Shown one piece after another: positions 1 through 11,550 of a DNA stretch of 64,000 nt. The DNA comes from Eledone cirrhosa (lineage: Eukaryota). Each line of letters begins with the position of its first letter. Position 1 is the first letter of the stretch. The notes under the pieces are model-generated. The model searched no databases. It was not told where the DNA came from and saw only the letters and a program-made list of their open reading frames with translations. The stretch lies in contig OZ024740.1 of NCBI GenBank assembly GCA_964016885.1, forward strand, positions 281,046,001 through 281,110,000, given 5' to 3'. Both the position numbers and the translations under genes were made by a program.

Positions 1-58
1 TTGTAGTTTATAGTTCGTCATAAGACGAAGAAAATTAGACCGCAATGTAACACATTGA

Positions 59-736
59 CTAATTTTCCAAAGTCGACATTTCCATTGTGATAGTTGTACA
101 TACTTTTGTGTTGTGATCTTTCTCAATGGAATTGACAAAATGAGATGCAGTCGAATCTGGATTTGTATAAGCAACTCTTCTCCATTTTGGACAATTTAAT
201 GTTTTATAATTAATACTAAACGCGAGGAATATATATGGGTTAACTGCTGAATTACCTGGTGCAATACCACCTATAATAGCATATAAAGTGGGTGATATAA
301 GTTGATGGTTTCCATAAGACATTATCATTTCACCTGTAAAATATGGCAGCCAGCAAATAATATACATCGATACAATAACAACAGTCATTTTCAACGTCTT
401 GATTTTCGCTTTCGGGAGAGAACTTGATCTAGTACTTTGAAGGTGTACTTTTCCAGGCTTGATATTGCTTTTGGTGTTAGATGATTTATTCTCTGTTGCT
501 TTTCGAGAAATCTTCAGAAATATTCGTGCGTAGAATATGATTAGTAATATTAAAGGTATAAAGAAGACCACAAATGCTACGTAGGTAAGAAACAGTTGAC
601 GATGTATTTCAGGTTTGTTTCGGAATGTATTCTCACAGCGATTTTGTCCATTTTTTTCGACGTGTGTAAATACAAATAGCATTGGTAGTGATGTAAGTGC
701 AGCAACAATCCAGCCCAGCCCTGCAATTTTCCAGAC
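59..736 (-). CDS. Same GPCR, coding exon 2 (TM4-TM7, C-tail, stop)
   Basis: Acceptor ...ttctttgtattgttttgaAG|GTC at 737 joins in frame (..RKPMA|VWKIAGLGW..). Motifs SLPMLF, FFIPL, KAKIKTLKMT, CWLPYF, NSAVNPYIF. TAG at 61-59. Confidence 0.93.
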   Translation of the reverse strand, partial: VWKIAGLGWIVAALTSLPMLFVFTHVEKNGQNRCENTFRNKPEIHRQLFLTYVAFVVFFIPLILLIIFYARIFLKISRKATENKSSNTKSNIKPGKVHLQSTRSSSLPKAKIKTLKMTVVIVSMYIICWLPYFTGEMIMSYGNHQLISPTLYAIIGGIAPGNSAVNPYIFLAFSINYKTLNCPKWRRVAYTNPDSTASHFVNSIEKDHNTKVCTTITMEMSTLEN

Positions 737-879
737 CTTCAAAACAATACAAAGAAAGTTATTGGTATGTAGCAACGTTGTAATATCCGATTAAAAACAA
801 ACTGCCACACGCATCTTACACTCAACCAATCTAAATTTATTAAATTTTAAATGTATGTATGAACGTGTACGTCCTGATA

Positions 880-1160
880 GTGTGAGTCGTTAGGACGCTA
901 TTATGAAAATTTAAACCTGGCGGGTTTATCCTTTCTCCAGCACTGACAAAACCATTTCTTTTCCAATGAAGGAGAGAGAAAAAGAGAAATTGAAAAAGGA
1001 GTATACTAGAAGAATCGACCTCAGTACTGGATGGAATTGTTTCATAGACCTCGAAAGGATGAAAGACAAAGTTGATCTCGGCTATATTTGAACTCAATGA
1101 ACGCTGAGATTTAGAAGAAGCACCGCAAATCATTCTATCCGACGTTCTACCGATTCTGCT
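880..1160 (-). mobile_element. Diverged tRNA-derived SINE copy
   Basis: The reverse complement contains ctgagttcaaatatagcgagatcaactttgtctttcatcctttcgaggtc, matching the SINE family core seen at 10618. Confidence 0.6.
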
Positions 1161-1224
1161 AATTCATTACTTGTTCAATAACAAATAATCAATTCTTTAA
1201 TATCATAGAGTAAATATGCTGAAT

Positions 1225-1415
1225 TGTTAGAGTATCGTACAAAATACATTGTGACATTTTATGTTGGCGCATTACGCGGTGAGTTTGAATATCGTCGTGG
1301 TCAACGTTGCTTTTTATCTTTCAAGCTTCAATAAAATTAACAGTCAAATAATTGTGTCGATACAATTGGCTCCACTGACAAAAATTGCCTGCCTTGGGCC
1401 TAGAATAGAACCATT
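1225..1415 (+). mobile_element. Diverged tRNA-derived SINE copy
   Basis: gagtttgaatatcgtcgtggtcaacgttgctttttatctttc...gccttgggcctagaatagaa resembles the same SINE family. Confidence 0.5.
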
Positions 1416-2561
1416 ATTAATGCATTACAAGAATCACAAAATAGTTCATAGTTACATAATGATTGACTTTCCCCAGAATCGTTAAAATACAAAATTAATA
1501 TTTGGATTTCTCCTTTATATTTGAAGTCAAACTATTATAGTCTACATTTCTTTTTTTACTCCCAGGGATGATAATTTCCTTTTAAGAAATATAGTTTTAC
1601 TAATAATTCAGTCCGCTATATTGCTTCCTATAAAACATTTTTTTAACGAGTCTTCGCAATTGGTCGACGTTTTGCAAATAGCAGCCATATATTCCACAAA
1701 TCACATCCTGACTTCTTAAAAAAAAAAAAATTATACTTTATACTATGTTCTTAGATTACGCTATGCCTAAAAGCAAAATCTGGTTATAAAGTGAATGTCT
1801 TTGGTTATAGCGTTACTGGCCTCGGTTTTAAAGAAATATAAGAGTACTTAACATTTTGTAATGAAATAACATTTTCATTTATATGTGAGTGCTGAAATGA
1901 CAGACATGTTAATCGCAGGAAATGATACACAATTCCAATTATTGTTGTGTGTCTTCTTCAAATGTTTCTGTATATATCAAAATAAAAACTAATAGAATAG
2001 CTGGTCTAAAGACACGAAGAAATGCCTGACATTGAATCCACTTGACCAAGGTGGTTTAGCTAGATACAAATATAGAACTACGGTATGCATTAAATATACT
2101 TTTCAGGAAATCTAATACTGTTCTGAAGAAATATAAATGAGATTATGTATGTTAACTTTTAAGCATCGAATAGATAGAACTACATTGGTTATAGGTATTT
2201 CCTCTACATTATACAAATGCATTGTATGCATCAAATCACACGTCCTAGTAAATAACAAAATCCGAGTATTCCGCTCTAAGCACTAAACATTCCAACTATG
2301 GTTTATGCTAAAGTAAGGTAAGCACACGTTTAGGTAAATTTTAAGTTTCAGAGATATATTCGTAATAATATAAATTTGCCTTAAAATCGCGACTATCTTT
2401 ATCAGTATTATTACTACATAGAGGATGATACCTTGACCCGCAAATGTTATTCTTGAAATACTAGGGTCGACATTTATAAGAATTCTATGGAAAATTCCAG
2501 AATTCTGGGCCAAAAATAGGAGTCGACGTTTATATGAGATCGACTATTACCCGAGTATATA

Positions 2562-2646
<85 letters not shown>

Positions 2647-2676
2647 AAAGAATAGAGGTGATACACACAAGTTATT

Positions 2677-3041
2677 ATATATTGGTAAACGGAATAGAAA
2701 ATACTGACAAATTGTTCACAGTTGAAAAATGGTTTAATTAGGAATAAGAGTATTAGTAATTGTATGGGTTAGTATTCAGTTGTGGTTTTAAGTTTTTAAG
2801 TTTTTACCGGTTGCGCATTTCTAAATGCTTTTCAAAAATAATTTTGAGATAGAGTGTCCGTGCTGTTTGCTCTGATCTGATTAGTTTTGGGAATTCTACC
2901 TATTTTTATGTTAAAAAATTCTTCTGGTCAAAACAATTTTGATTGGTCGGTAGAGGTCATGTGAATGTAAAAAATTGATTTTGCGCCAAGACTGTTTTTA
3001 TGTTAAAAAAGTGGCTCCAGTGTCACCACGAATTACTCTGC

Positions 3042-3087
<46 letters not shown>

Positions 3088-3184
3088 ACACACACACACA
3101 CACACACTTATCTTAATAGCCATTTGACACACATCGCTGCTAACCATTATCACAACATCGAACACCATCGAACACCTACTACTA

Positions 3185-3236
<52 letters not shown>

Positions 3237-3333
3237 ACACACACACACACACACACTTATCTTAATAGCCATTTGACACACATCGCTGCTAACCATTATC
3301 ACAACATCGAACACCATCGAACACCTACTACTA

Positions 3334-3377
<44 letters not shown>

Positions 3378-3834
3378 TTGTTGTGAAAGAGTCATTTCTC
3401 AATCTTGGCGCAAAAACAAATTTTTATTCACATGACCTCTACCGACCAATCAAAATTGTTTTGACCACAAGAATTTTTTCTGGAGCCACTTTTTTAACAT
3501 AAAAACAGTCTTGGGGCAAAATCAATTTTTTACATTCACATGACCTCTACCGACCAATCAAAATTGTTTTGACCACAAGAATTTTTGCAAATTGGAGCCA
3601 CTTTTTTAACATAAAAACAGGTAGAATTCCCAAAACTAATCAGATCAGAGCAAACAGCACGGACACTCTATCTCAAAATTATTTTTGAAAAGCATTTAGA
3701 AATGCGCAACCGGTAAAAACTTAAAAACTTAAAACCACAACTGAATACTAACCCATACAATTACTAATACTCTTATTCCTAATTAAATCATTTTTCAACT
3801 GTGAACAATTTGTCAGCATTTTCTATTCCGTTTA

Positions 3835-3842
<8 letters not shown>
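2677..3842. mobile_element. Foldback/MITE-like element with ~300 bp terminal inverted repeats
   Basis: 2677-2995 (atattggtaaacggaatagaaaat...) is the reverse complement of ~3510-3842 (...attttctattccgtttaccaatat). A sub-repeat is duplicated in the right arm. The core holds (CA)n and a ~150 bp tandem duplication. TA-rich flanks. Confidence 0.75.
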
Positions 3843-3883
<41 letters not shown>

Positions 3884-4922
3884 AGTAGCAGTAATTTGGC
3901 AAATCAAATGAGGATTAGTGACCGCCGTTATTACTCAATGTATTGGTGATCTGTACTCAACCGATATACAGTATCATTTGTATGTGTAGTATTATTATTT
4001 CATTATACGTGTATTAGTGTCCGATATACAGATTGTTTCCGAGAAAATAAGTGCAAAATGATCATAAAATAATGTATTTATATCTATTTCTGTTATTGTT
4101 ATCTTATCCTTTCATTGTTCATCACGATATATGGATCAATATACAAAAGTCGTAGCTATGCGGGCTTTTTTTAACATATGAAATAAAAGAAATATTGCAC
4201 CGCTCGGTCTCTCTACCTCTATTCTTCCTTCCTACATTTTCTATGTCCCCATGTAATATTTCGTTGTCTGTACGTTCGACTGTAGTCCATATATGTTTTC
4301 TATATTTCTTTACTTTGGCTAAGCATACAAAGCATACAAAGTCAATCTCCTTCTTTCCAGTCTATGCACTTTAGTTTGTAATATTCTTTTTTTTCTTTGT
4401 GTAATTCATTGATAGGCACTAAAGTCATGTGCCTTCCTGTTTTGCTGAATCTTTATGTGCACTGAAATGAATAGTATCAACTTGTTGAACTAAAATTATA
4501 GGGATTTCCAGAAAGAGAGGACTGTCCGTTTTCCCGTTATATATGATGGACTTTCCCGTCGATTTCGACGTATGAGGGTCCAAACAACCTATTAAGTTTA
4601 TTCAGTTTGAATATTTATGCCATGTATGATACTTTAGTTCTGTCAAAAATTTCTAATAACGTTGAGTGCTTTCATTGATGTGTTACGTCATTGTTTACCA
4701 ATCGAAACCACCAGTTCCTCACTAGTAATCAAACTAATTTAAATGCTATATATATATATATATATATATAGATAGGTTGAAGTTTATGCTGGCTATAAAA
4801 GAGTTAATGCTCCGAGCACTACTGTCTGAAAATCGCAACGGCAAAGATAATTCAGTTTAAATAAAGCATGTATAATATGTATTAACTGCCTCGACCTCAG
4901 TTGCTCAGAAAAAGTAATGTTT

Positions 4923-5020
<98 letters not shown>

Positions 5021-5814
5021 TTGAATGTATTTGTATAGGATATAAATAATCATATTCATGACTTAGGCAACGAGTAACTGTAAAATCCCACGAGGGAATC
5101 ATAACGCTTTCTTGTTGATCGGGAAAGTAAACCAACCATTGTGTTACTATATTTTCAGTATGAATAAATGAATATATTTATGACGCTTTTATGCACGTAC
5201 ACGCATACTTCATTTAATTTATAGAGAATTGAGATGAATTCGATTTGTTTGACTTATGTCGCCAACACCATTCAGAAAATGATGATTTCAAAACAAAGGA
5301 AACATCTTCATTTTTCTTTCTGTGAAATTTTGTGCCTCGTATGAAATATCAATAGGTTTCAAAGTAGACACAATAAATTTGATTGGTGACATGATATTTC
5401 ATTTAATATTCAAACGAATGCAATGAATGTCAAACGTATCAGTGTCCTCTTCATAAACACAGCGCCTTCCATCTGTGTAATATATGAATACTTCTTTGAT
5501 TTCTATCACGGTTGGAAATATCGGGAGGACAAACAAGTAGAAGAAAGCATTATGTATTGTTGAGTTATTTAGATTATGAATAACAAATGACGTTTTCTTT
5601 ACAATATGCATCCTCTGCTTTCAGAATTAGATATAGTTTCTACTGATAAATGGAATATCTAAGTTTAGATAAATGCCTCAAATTATTGGTGTGTAGCCTA
5701 TTTAATAGATCACATTAATTCAATAGTAATTATTACAGCAACCCCGGTTGAATGAATGATAAATCGAATCCAGAGTCAATTCTGCCCCGACTAACTTTTT
5801 GAAAGAAAACATAA

Positions 5815-6020
5815 TTGTTTCTTTTTTTGGCACAAGGCCAGCAATTTGAAGGGAAGAAGAAATTCGTTTAAATCGAACACAGTGAGACACTGGTACTTTA
5901 TTTTAATAACTCGGTAAGGATGACAGGCAAAGCTATCCTCGGTGGAAACTGAACTCAGAATGCAAAGTGTCGCAACAAAGTATGTTGCCTGCCACTTTAT
6001 CGGTATTGCCAATCCACCAC
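5815..6020 (-). mobile_element. tRNA-derived SINE copy
   Basis: ttggcacaaggccagcaa...ctggtactttatttta...gtaaggatga..ggcaaag...gaactcagaa...gtattgccaatccacc matches the family consensus. Confidence 0.7.
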
Positions 6021-6117
6021 ACTTTTGAAAGAAGAAATAATAAAAGCAGTTATGATGTCCTGTATAAAATTATTTCTTTTTGTGTAATTTGGTTCGCTTT
6101 CAAATATATTGTTTTTT

Positions 6118-6525
6118 AGTGAAAATAGTGCCTTCGTTGTATTTTTGACTAAATAAATTAGCCTAATAATTGGAGTTATAAAAAACCCACAGAAATGGAA
6201 AAACGAATGAGCATTGACGTACATGGAACACGAACCCACATCTCTGGATACGATGGTCATTGTGCTATGATTACACCAATACGCCACTCACACAAATTTT
6301 CATTAAATTTGAAGCTATATAATCATAGTGTATGAATAAAAGCTAGAAAAGCTTTGTATCCTAGATATATGTATTAATACGCTATGATTATATAACTTCA
6401 AATGTAATAGAAGTTAGTGTGAGTGGCGTAGTGGTGCAATTTTTCCATTTCTGTGGGTTTTTATAACTCCAATTATTAGGTTAATTTATTTAGTCAAAAA
6501 TACAACGGAGGCACTATTTTCACTA
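6118..6525. repeat. Inverted repeat containing a tRNA-like segment
   Basis: 6118-6330 is the reverse complement of 6382-6525, and the right arm has an internal deletion. The minus strand has tggcgtattggtg (A-box-like) and gggttcgtgttcc (B-box-like). Confidence 0.65.
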
Positions 6526-6690
6526 TCTAATTTCAAATTCTCCACTGTTTGTAAACAAAAACAAGAAAGGCTTTGTATCTTATATATATATATTGTTTTA
6601 TATATATATTTTTATTTTCTCTGCATATAGTGTTTCATATCTCTTTATATATTTGTTAACAAAATAAATTAATCTATTTGTAAAGTACCC

Positions 6691-7700
6691 ACTTCTTCTT
6701 GTGACGCTAAACTCCGCCAGTTGCAGACTGCGCATTAACATGTGATATCTCTCTACACAAAGTTCGATCACCAGCAGCAGAGTTCAAAGAGCAAAGATCA
6801 AGTCCAGTCCATGAAATTGACATTGTCATGCCATCTTTTTGACTGCCGGACTCTGTTTCTCCTACCAGCCAACCTTCCTTCCAGGCATAACCTACTCACA
6901 CCACGAGTTGGTCTTTTTATATGGCCGTATAGTTTGAGTACTCTTTACTTGACAATTGATGTAATTGGTCCAAGTTTGATAATGTTGAGCAGCTCATTGA
7001 TACAGATACGGTCGCTGAGCTGCTTGCCAGTCATAAGAGTCATGATGTGGTTCTGGAATGTAGAGAGCTTCTGAAGTGACCTTGTCGTCCAATTAATACA
7101 GACAAGACCATATAACACAAGGGGTAGGATGTACGTATCTTAGTCTTCAAATGGTAGGAAACTCGTTTTGATGTTAGTGCTTCCTTGTTCTTGTTGAAAG
7201 CTGCCCAACCTAGAGCGATTCGATATGGCGCAGCAACCATCCCATTATTGTCTGATGATAGTTTGTGACCGAGATATACAAACTCCGTAACTTGAGCAAT
7301 TTGCTGGTTGTAGATTGTGAGCTCGAGATTGGCATTGTTTTTATCAGTTGTCATACATTTTATTTTGGAGATGTTGATATGTAAGCCAGCCTCCAGCGAA
7401 TGTTTGGCCAGTACATTCAGAAAGTCCTGCAGATCAGTTTAGAGTGACTCATGATGGCCAGATCGTCTGCATAGCTAAGATTTGATAGGATTTTACCTCA
7501 TATTTGATAACCAGAGGAGCATTCTTCTTCAGTTTGGTAAATAATTGTAGTTATAACTATACAGAAAAGAAGTGGTGATAGTACATCCGCCTACTTAACT
7601 CCCTCAAGCTGTCTATACAGCATGTAGTTCCCAAGTCTGTTTTGATATAGGCTGTTGAGTTGGTGTAAGTTTCTTTCAGTAGGTTGATGTATGTTTTTGT
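6691..7700 (-). mobile_element. RTE-clade LINE 3' fragment (degenerate RT C-terminus)
   Basis: Minus-strand motifs LSYADDL (7459-7479), NISKIKCM, EFVYLGH, RIALGWAAF, YGHIKR, GRLAGRRNRVR. Ends in a short (AAG)n tail. Confidence 0.8.
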
Positions 7701-8019
7701 TAATATAGTTAAATGCGGATATATATCGAAAGCGATATCACATGATTTCTATTTTCTAACTGGATACGTTTAACTTGGTAAAACTTCGGCCATGTAGCAT
7801 AATATAATGAATACATTACGATTTCATAATTACTTGACTCAAGTACCACAGATATTTCGTGGTAAGATAATATTAAAAAAAATTATGATATAAAGATATT
7901 TGGTTAAAATATTAAACTTAAAAATGTTAGTCACACACTATGAATAGGTTTTTAAATTCTTCGTTAGTTGTTTTAATAATTAATTAATGAGATGCTCTCG
8001 GTTATTTTTCTCTAAAAAC

Positions 8020-8195
8020 ATTTTTCCACCCCGCCCATCCTTTCAATCTTTCTAATTTCTCATTCTTTCTTCTGATGAAGGAGTAGCGTTCGAAACGTCA
8101 ACACCCTTTTCCTGCTATTTCAAGCGCTAACCTAATATATTCCTTCCATATACTGTACCGATTGTGTTGTTATTTCTGTTTATCTTTTACATATA
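8020..8195 (+). mobile_element. Penelope pseudo-LTR-like fragment with a minimal hammerhead motif
   Basis: CTGATGA-aggagtagcgttc-GAAAC-GTC at 8072-8099. The block is homologous to the reverse complement of 56885-57060. Confidence 0.6.
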
Positions 8196-8941
8196 TATTT
8201 GTGTGTTCTAGTGAAGCGATTAACTATGTGTAGTTGGAGTTTATTTAACATTAACTATTGAGTACGCTGAGATGCAACCGGTACTAGCAGTGACACCTAT
8301 GCTAAGTCCGCCAACTTATTATCATTTTCTCCCAACTAGCACATTAACAATGAGAGTAAGTTGAACAATTTTTCACATTTTTTATTGCTTTGTTTTCATA
8401 TACTCTCTAGTTCCTGTTATAAATTTTCTCTCTCACTCACCTATTGAATCGTACAAGTTGTGAAATAGACCGGTTTACGCACGTGGTTGGTCGAAATATT
8501 TGGAATTTGGTTGCTAACCAGCGAGCTAATCTATATCGCTGTGTAATCGCTGTTGGCATTTAATGTCCGGAAAAAGTCGTAGGCACTACCACTTTTACTG
8601 TCGCGATTTTTCTCACCATGGGACTTGGAGACTAGAGCCGAATGCTCCTATTCTATTGTACAGCGATTTGAGACTGAATTTTTCTAATAACCAATTTTTC
8701 GCTAACTGATTAATTTGTGTTTGAGATATGTTGGCTGAGTGCTTATGGTGGGAGCAGAACTATTTCAATTCTAGTCTTTTGCTATCACGTAAATTTATAA
8801 ATCGGTAGCCAGTCAGGGGACAGCATTGTGATACGTAGTAATCCCAGGTGCTAATCGCTTTCTTATGTTGCTTGTCACAGTCATAGCCGGCACGGACTGG
8901 AGTCGTATTTTGTCGATCGATTGGTTATTGATTAAGTGAAA

Positions 8942-9053
8942 CCCGCTGATGAAGCCACATGCGCCGATTATCTAATTGTTGCATAATATATGCGGACAGA
9001 GGGTGCTGTGCACTCTACTGCTGCATTAAGTGTGGCCGAAACTCGAGTTCAGG
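8942..9053 (+). ncRNA. Hammerhead ribozyme-like motif with extended stem II
   Basis: CTGATGA, stem II GCCACA/TGTGGC enclosing ~70 nt, GAAAC-TCGA-GTT (palindromic stem III), imperfect stem I (cccg/cagg). Confidence 0.55.
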
Positions 9054-9139
9054 AACTACTGTAGGTACCCGTTTACGTGTGTTGTATTGAAGTGAATAAC
9101 CATGTGTATACTCTGGGAGTTTATTTAACATTACCTATT

Positions 9140-9198
9140 GAGTACGCTGAGATGCAACCGGTCCTAGCAGTGAAACCTATGCTAGGTCCGCCAACTTA
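9140..9198 (+). ncRNA. Variant hammerhead-like motif (CUGA-GA core)
   Basis: cg-CTGAGA-tgc...gcagt-GAAAC-CTA-tgc-TAG-GTC-cg. Stem III and the GUC triplet are well formed, but the core lacks N7. Confidence 0.45.
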
Positions 9199-9287
9199 TT
9201 ATATACATATATATATATATGTGTGTGTGTTTGTGTGTGTGTGGGTTTGTGTTTGTGTGAATGTGTGTGTGTGTATGTAATGCAGAA

Positions 9288-9356
<69 letters not shown>

Positions 9357-9869
9357 TTATATGTATGTATTCATGTATGTATGTATATATGCATGTGTAT
9401 ATATGATTGACAAACGCATATATTTATAGGTTTTCACAATATCGAGAAAATCGTCTATTTATCGTTCTCACGATTTTCTATAGAAACCGATTTTGTTTTA
9501 TTTTCATTTGATTTAACAACAATGGACATACTCTAGTCAAGAGATATTTCCTATTTAATGAATTTAACGAACACAATGCTGTGGAATTTGATTTCCGTCG
9601 TGATAATTCACTTAGAATATATACATCGTATGTTATCAATTATATATAACATCTTTTTCATCCGAGAACAATGTTAAACCAAACCAAAAGCCGCGAAAAC
9701 ATATCTGAGTGAACATACTTTCCATTTATATCAATCTTATCAACAATATTACTTATTTTCAAACAATTTACATCTTGAAAATAGGAAAGGTGTTCAAGTT
9801 ATTTTGACAATATCTGAAAATTGTTAATAACATTAAATTAGTTAATAGATATTTTATTTGATACTTAGG

Positions 9870-10330
9870 AATTCAGTATTCGTGCCAGCCCTTACCTATG
9901 GCCATGAATCTTGGGTAATGACCTAAAGAATACGATTGCGAATACAAGCGACCGAAATGGGGTTCCTCCGAAGGGTCTTTAGAGTAATGTTACTTGATAG
10001 AATTTGAAGCTTAGAGATCAGAGATTCACTCCAGGTAGAGCCGCTACTTCTTTGAATTGAGAGATCACAGCTCCGATATTATGGGCATATGGTTAGATGG
10101 TCTCAGGAAAGAATCGTTGGACAGATTTTACGGGTAAAACCGACCGGCAAGAAACCCAGGAGTAGGCTCCGGGCAAGATAGTTGGATAACATCCATAAGC
10201 TTGGCTGGTCTCGCTTGGGGATCCAGCCAAATGAGTTGGAGACGGTTGGTTCTGACAGGATCGGCTGGAAGGTTTGTTTGCCGCCACGACCCTCTCAGGA
10301 ATAATTGGGCGAAAAAGAAGAAAAAAAGAC
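9870..10330 (+). mobile_element. RTE-clade (Expander/Rex3-like) LINE 3' fragment
   Basis: Reads SVFVPALTYGHESWVMT*RIRLRIQATEMGFLRRV...IERSQLRYYGHMVR...GKKPRSR with stops. A-rich tail. Confidence 0.8.
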
Positions 10331-10617
10331 TTAGGAAATGTTTAATAGTCAATGAAAACCAAATGGAAAGTATTGTTAAATAGGTGTACATTTCTACTCT
10401 GTTATTTCTTTGTATTATGTAACATTGTCTTCTGACTCAAGGTATAAATATATCTAGAAACATCGTTACTCATTTTCCCAAGATATATTGAATATATTTT
10501 GAGAATAAATATTTACAGTAATTTATTACGTTCAATTGGCGTAAATCCTTAAATCAGATTCCCATTTGGTTATTATTTTCTTTTCGCTACAAACTCTACA
10601 TCAATATTATAAATAAT

Positions 10618-10812
10618 GGCGGTGGATTGGCAGTATCGGTAGAGGGTCGGACGCCATGCTTTGACGCATAGAGTTACGGCCCTTGCCATTCTGAGTTCAA
10701 ATCCCGCCGAGGTTAACTTTGCCTTTCATCCTTACGGGGTCGATAAAATAAAGTACCAGTAATGCACTGGGTAAATGCTTGTCTTGTGCCAAATGTAGAA
10801 ACAAATATTATA
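10618..10812 (+). mobile_element. tRNA-derived SINE, near full length
   Basis: A box TGGCAGTATCGG, B box GTTCAAATCC, conserved core gcctttcatccttacggggtcgataaaataaagtacc, AT-rich tail. Many copies in the window. Confidence 0.85.
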
Positions 10813-11423
10813 AATAAAATTATGTTTATGTCAATAACCATTCTTGAACTATACAATAATTTATTTCTAACATGCCAATAGATTCCGTTTTATATAATAT
10901 CTCCCGCAAATAAATCTGCGTGTTCAATGAATATTCTTCAAATATGCTCTTACGATAATTAATGTTGGTAATTGTTACATATTATAACATATATTTGTTG
11001 AAACTATACAACTATACTGTATTTGCAGTACTTTAAATATTTGCAAAGAATAACGTTTACAATTTTAATGTCCTTCCAAGTGATGTTTTAAACCTAATTA
11101 GTTGAATAATTTTAATTAAGTTTACACTAGATTCAAATTAACTTAAATTGTAAATTAATATATATTTACTTAAAGAAAGGAAACTGAAATGTATAACATT
11201 TCCGGTGTAACATTTAGTCCTCATGTTCATGTATGTAATATAAAAGTAATAGCAATTTTATTTTATGAAATACATCCTTATGTTCAAATCTAAGTAATGT
11301 TTGTATGCTTCTATAATTTGGCGTAAACAAAGTTCGAATAAAATAATTGACACCAATTAAAATTCCCTTTAATTTGAACTCATTTACAAACCTTCAATTT
11401 TAAGGGTAATTAGTAGTTGATAA

Positions 11424-11550
11424 AGGCGGCGTATTAGCAAAGTCGTTAGAACATCAGATAGACTGCTTTGCGGAATATTACGATTGTCTTCACTCTGATT
11501 TCAAATTATGCTGAGGTCCACTTTGCTTTTCATCCTTTCGAAATCGAAAT
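11424..11550 (+). mobile_element. Diverged SINE copy
   Basis: ggcggcgtattagcaaagtcgttaga...ctgatttcaaattatgctgaggtccactttgcttttcatcctttcg. Confidence 0.55.

Larger units (their letters stand above)
8200..9202 (+). mobile_element. Non-coding retrozyme-like / non-autonomous Penelope unit with ~125 bp direct repeats and hammerhead motifs
   Basis: Direct repeats at 8200-8322 and 9077-9202. No credible ORF. Hammerhead-like cores at 8946-9053 and 9145-9190, with a decayed copy at 8265-8310. Confidence 0.65.

Noticed and set aside
737-775. ORF-track start for the 238 aa GPCR ORF, and the extension 27842-27907 of exon 1
   Set aside because: Both are intronic read-through beyond clear splice sites.
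2460-2565. Tc1/pogo-like TIR remnant (also short mariner-like ends at ~14527, ~26560, ~32955)
   Set aside because: Only single ends are visible, with no matching TIR or transposase.
10618-10712. tRNA gene
   Set aside because: A and B boxes belong to a multicopy SINE head, with no proper cloverleaf.
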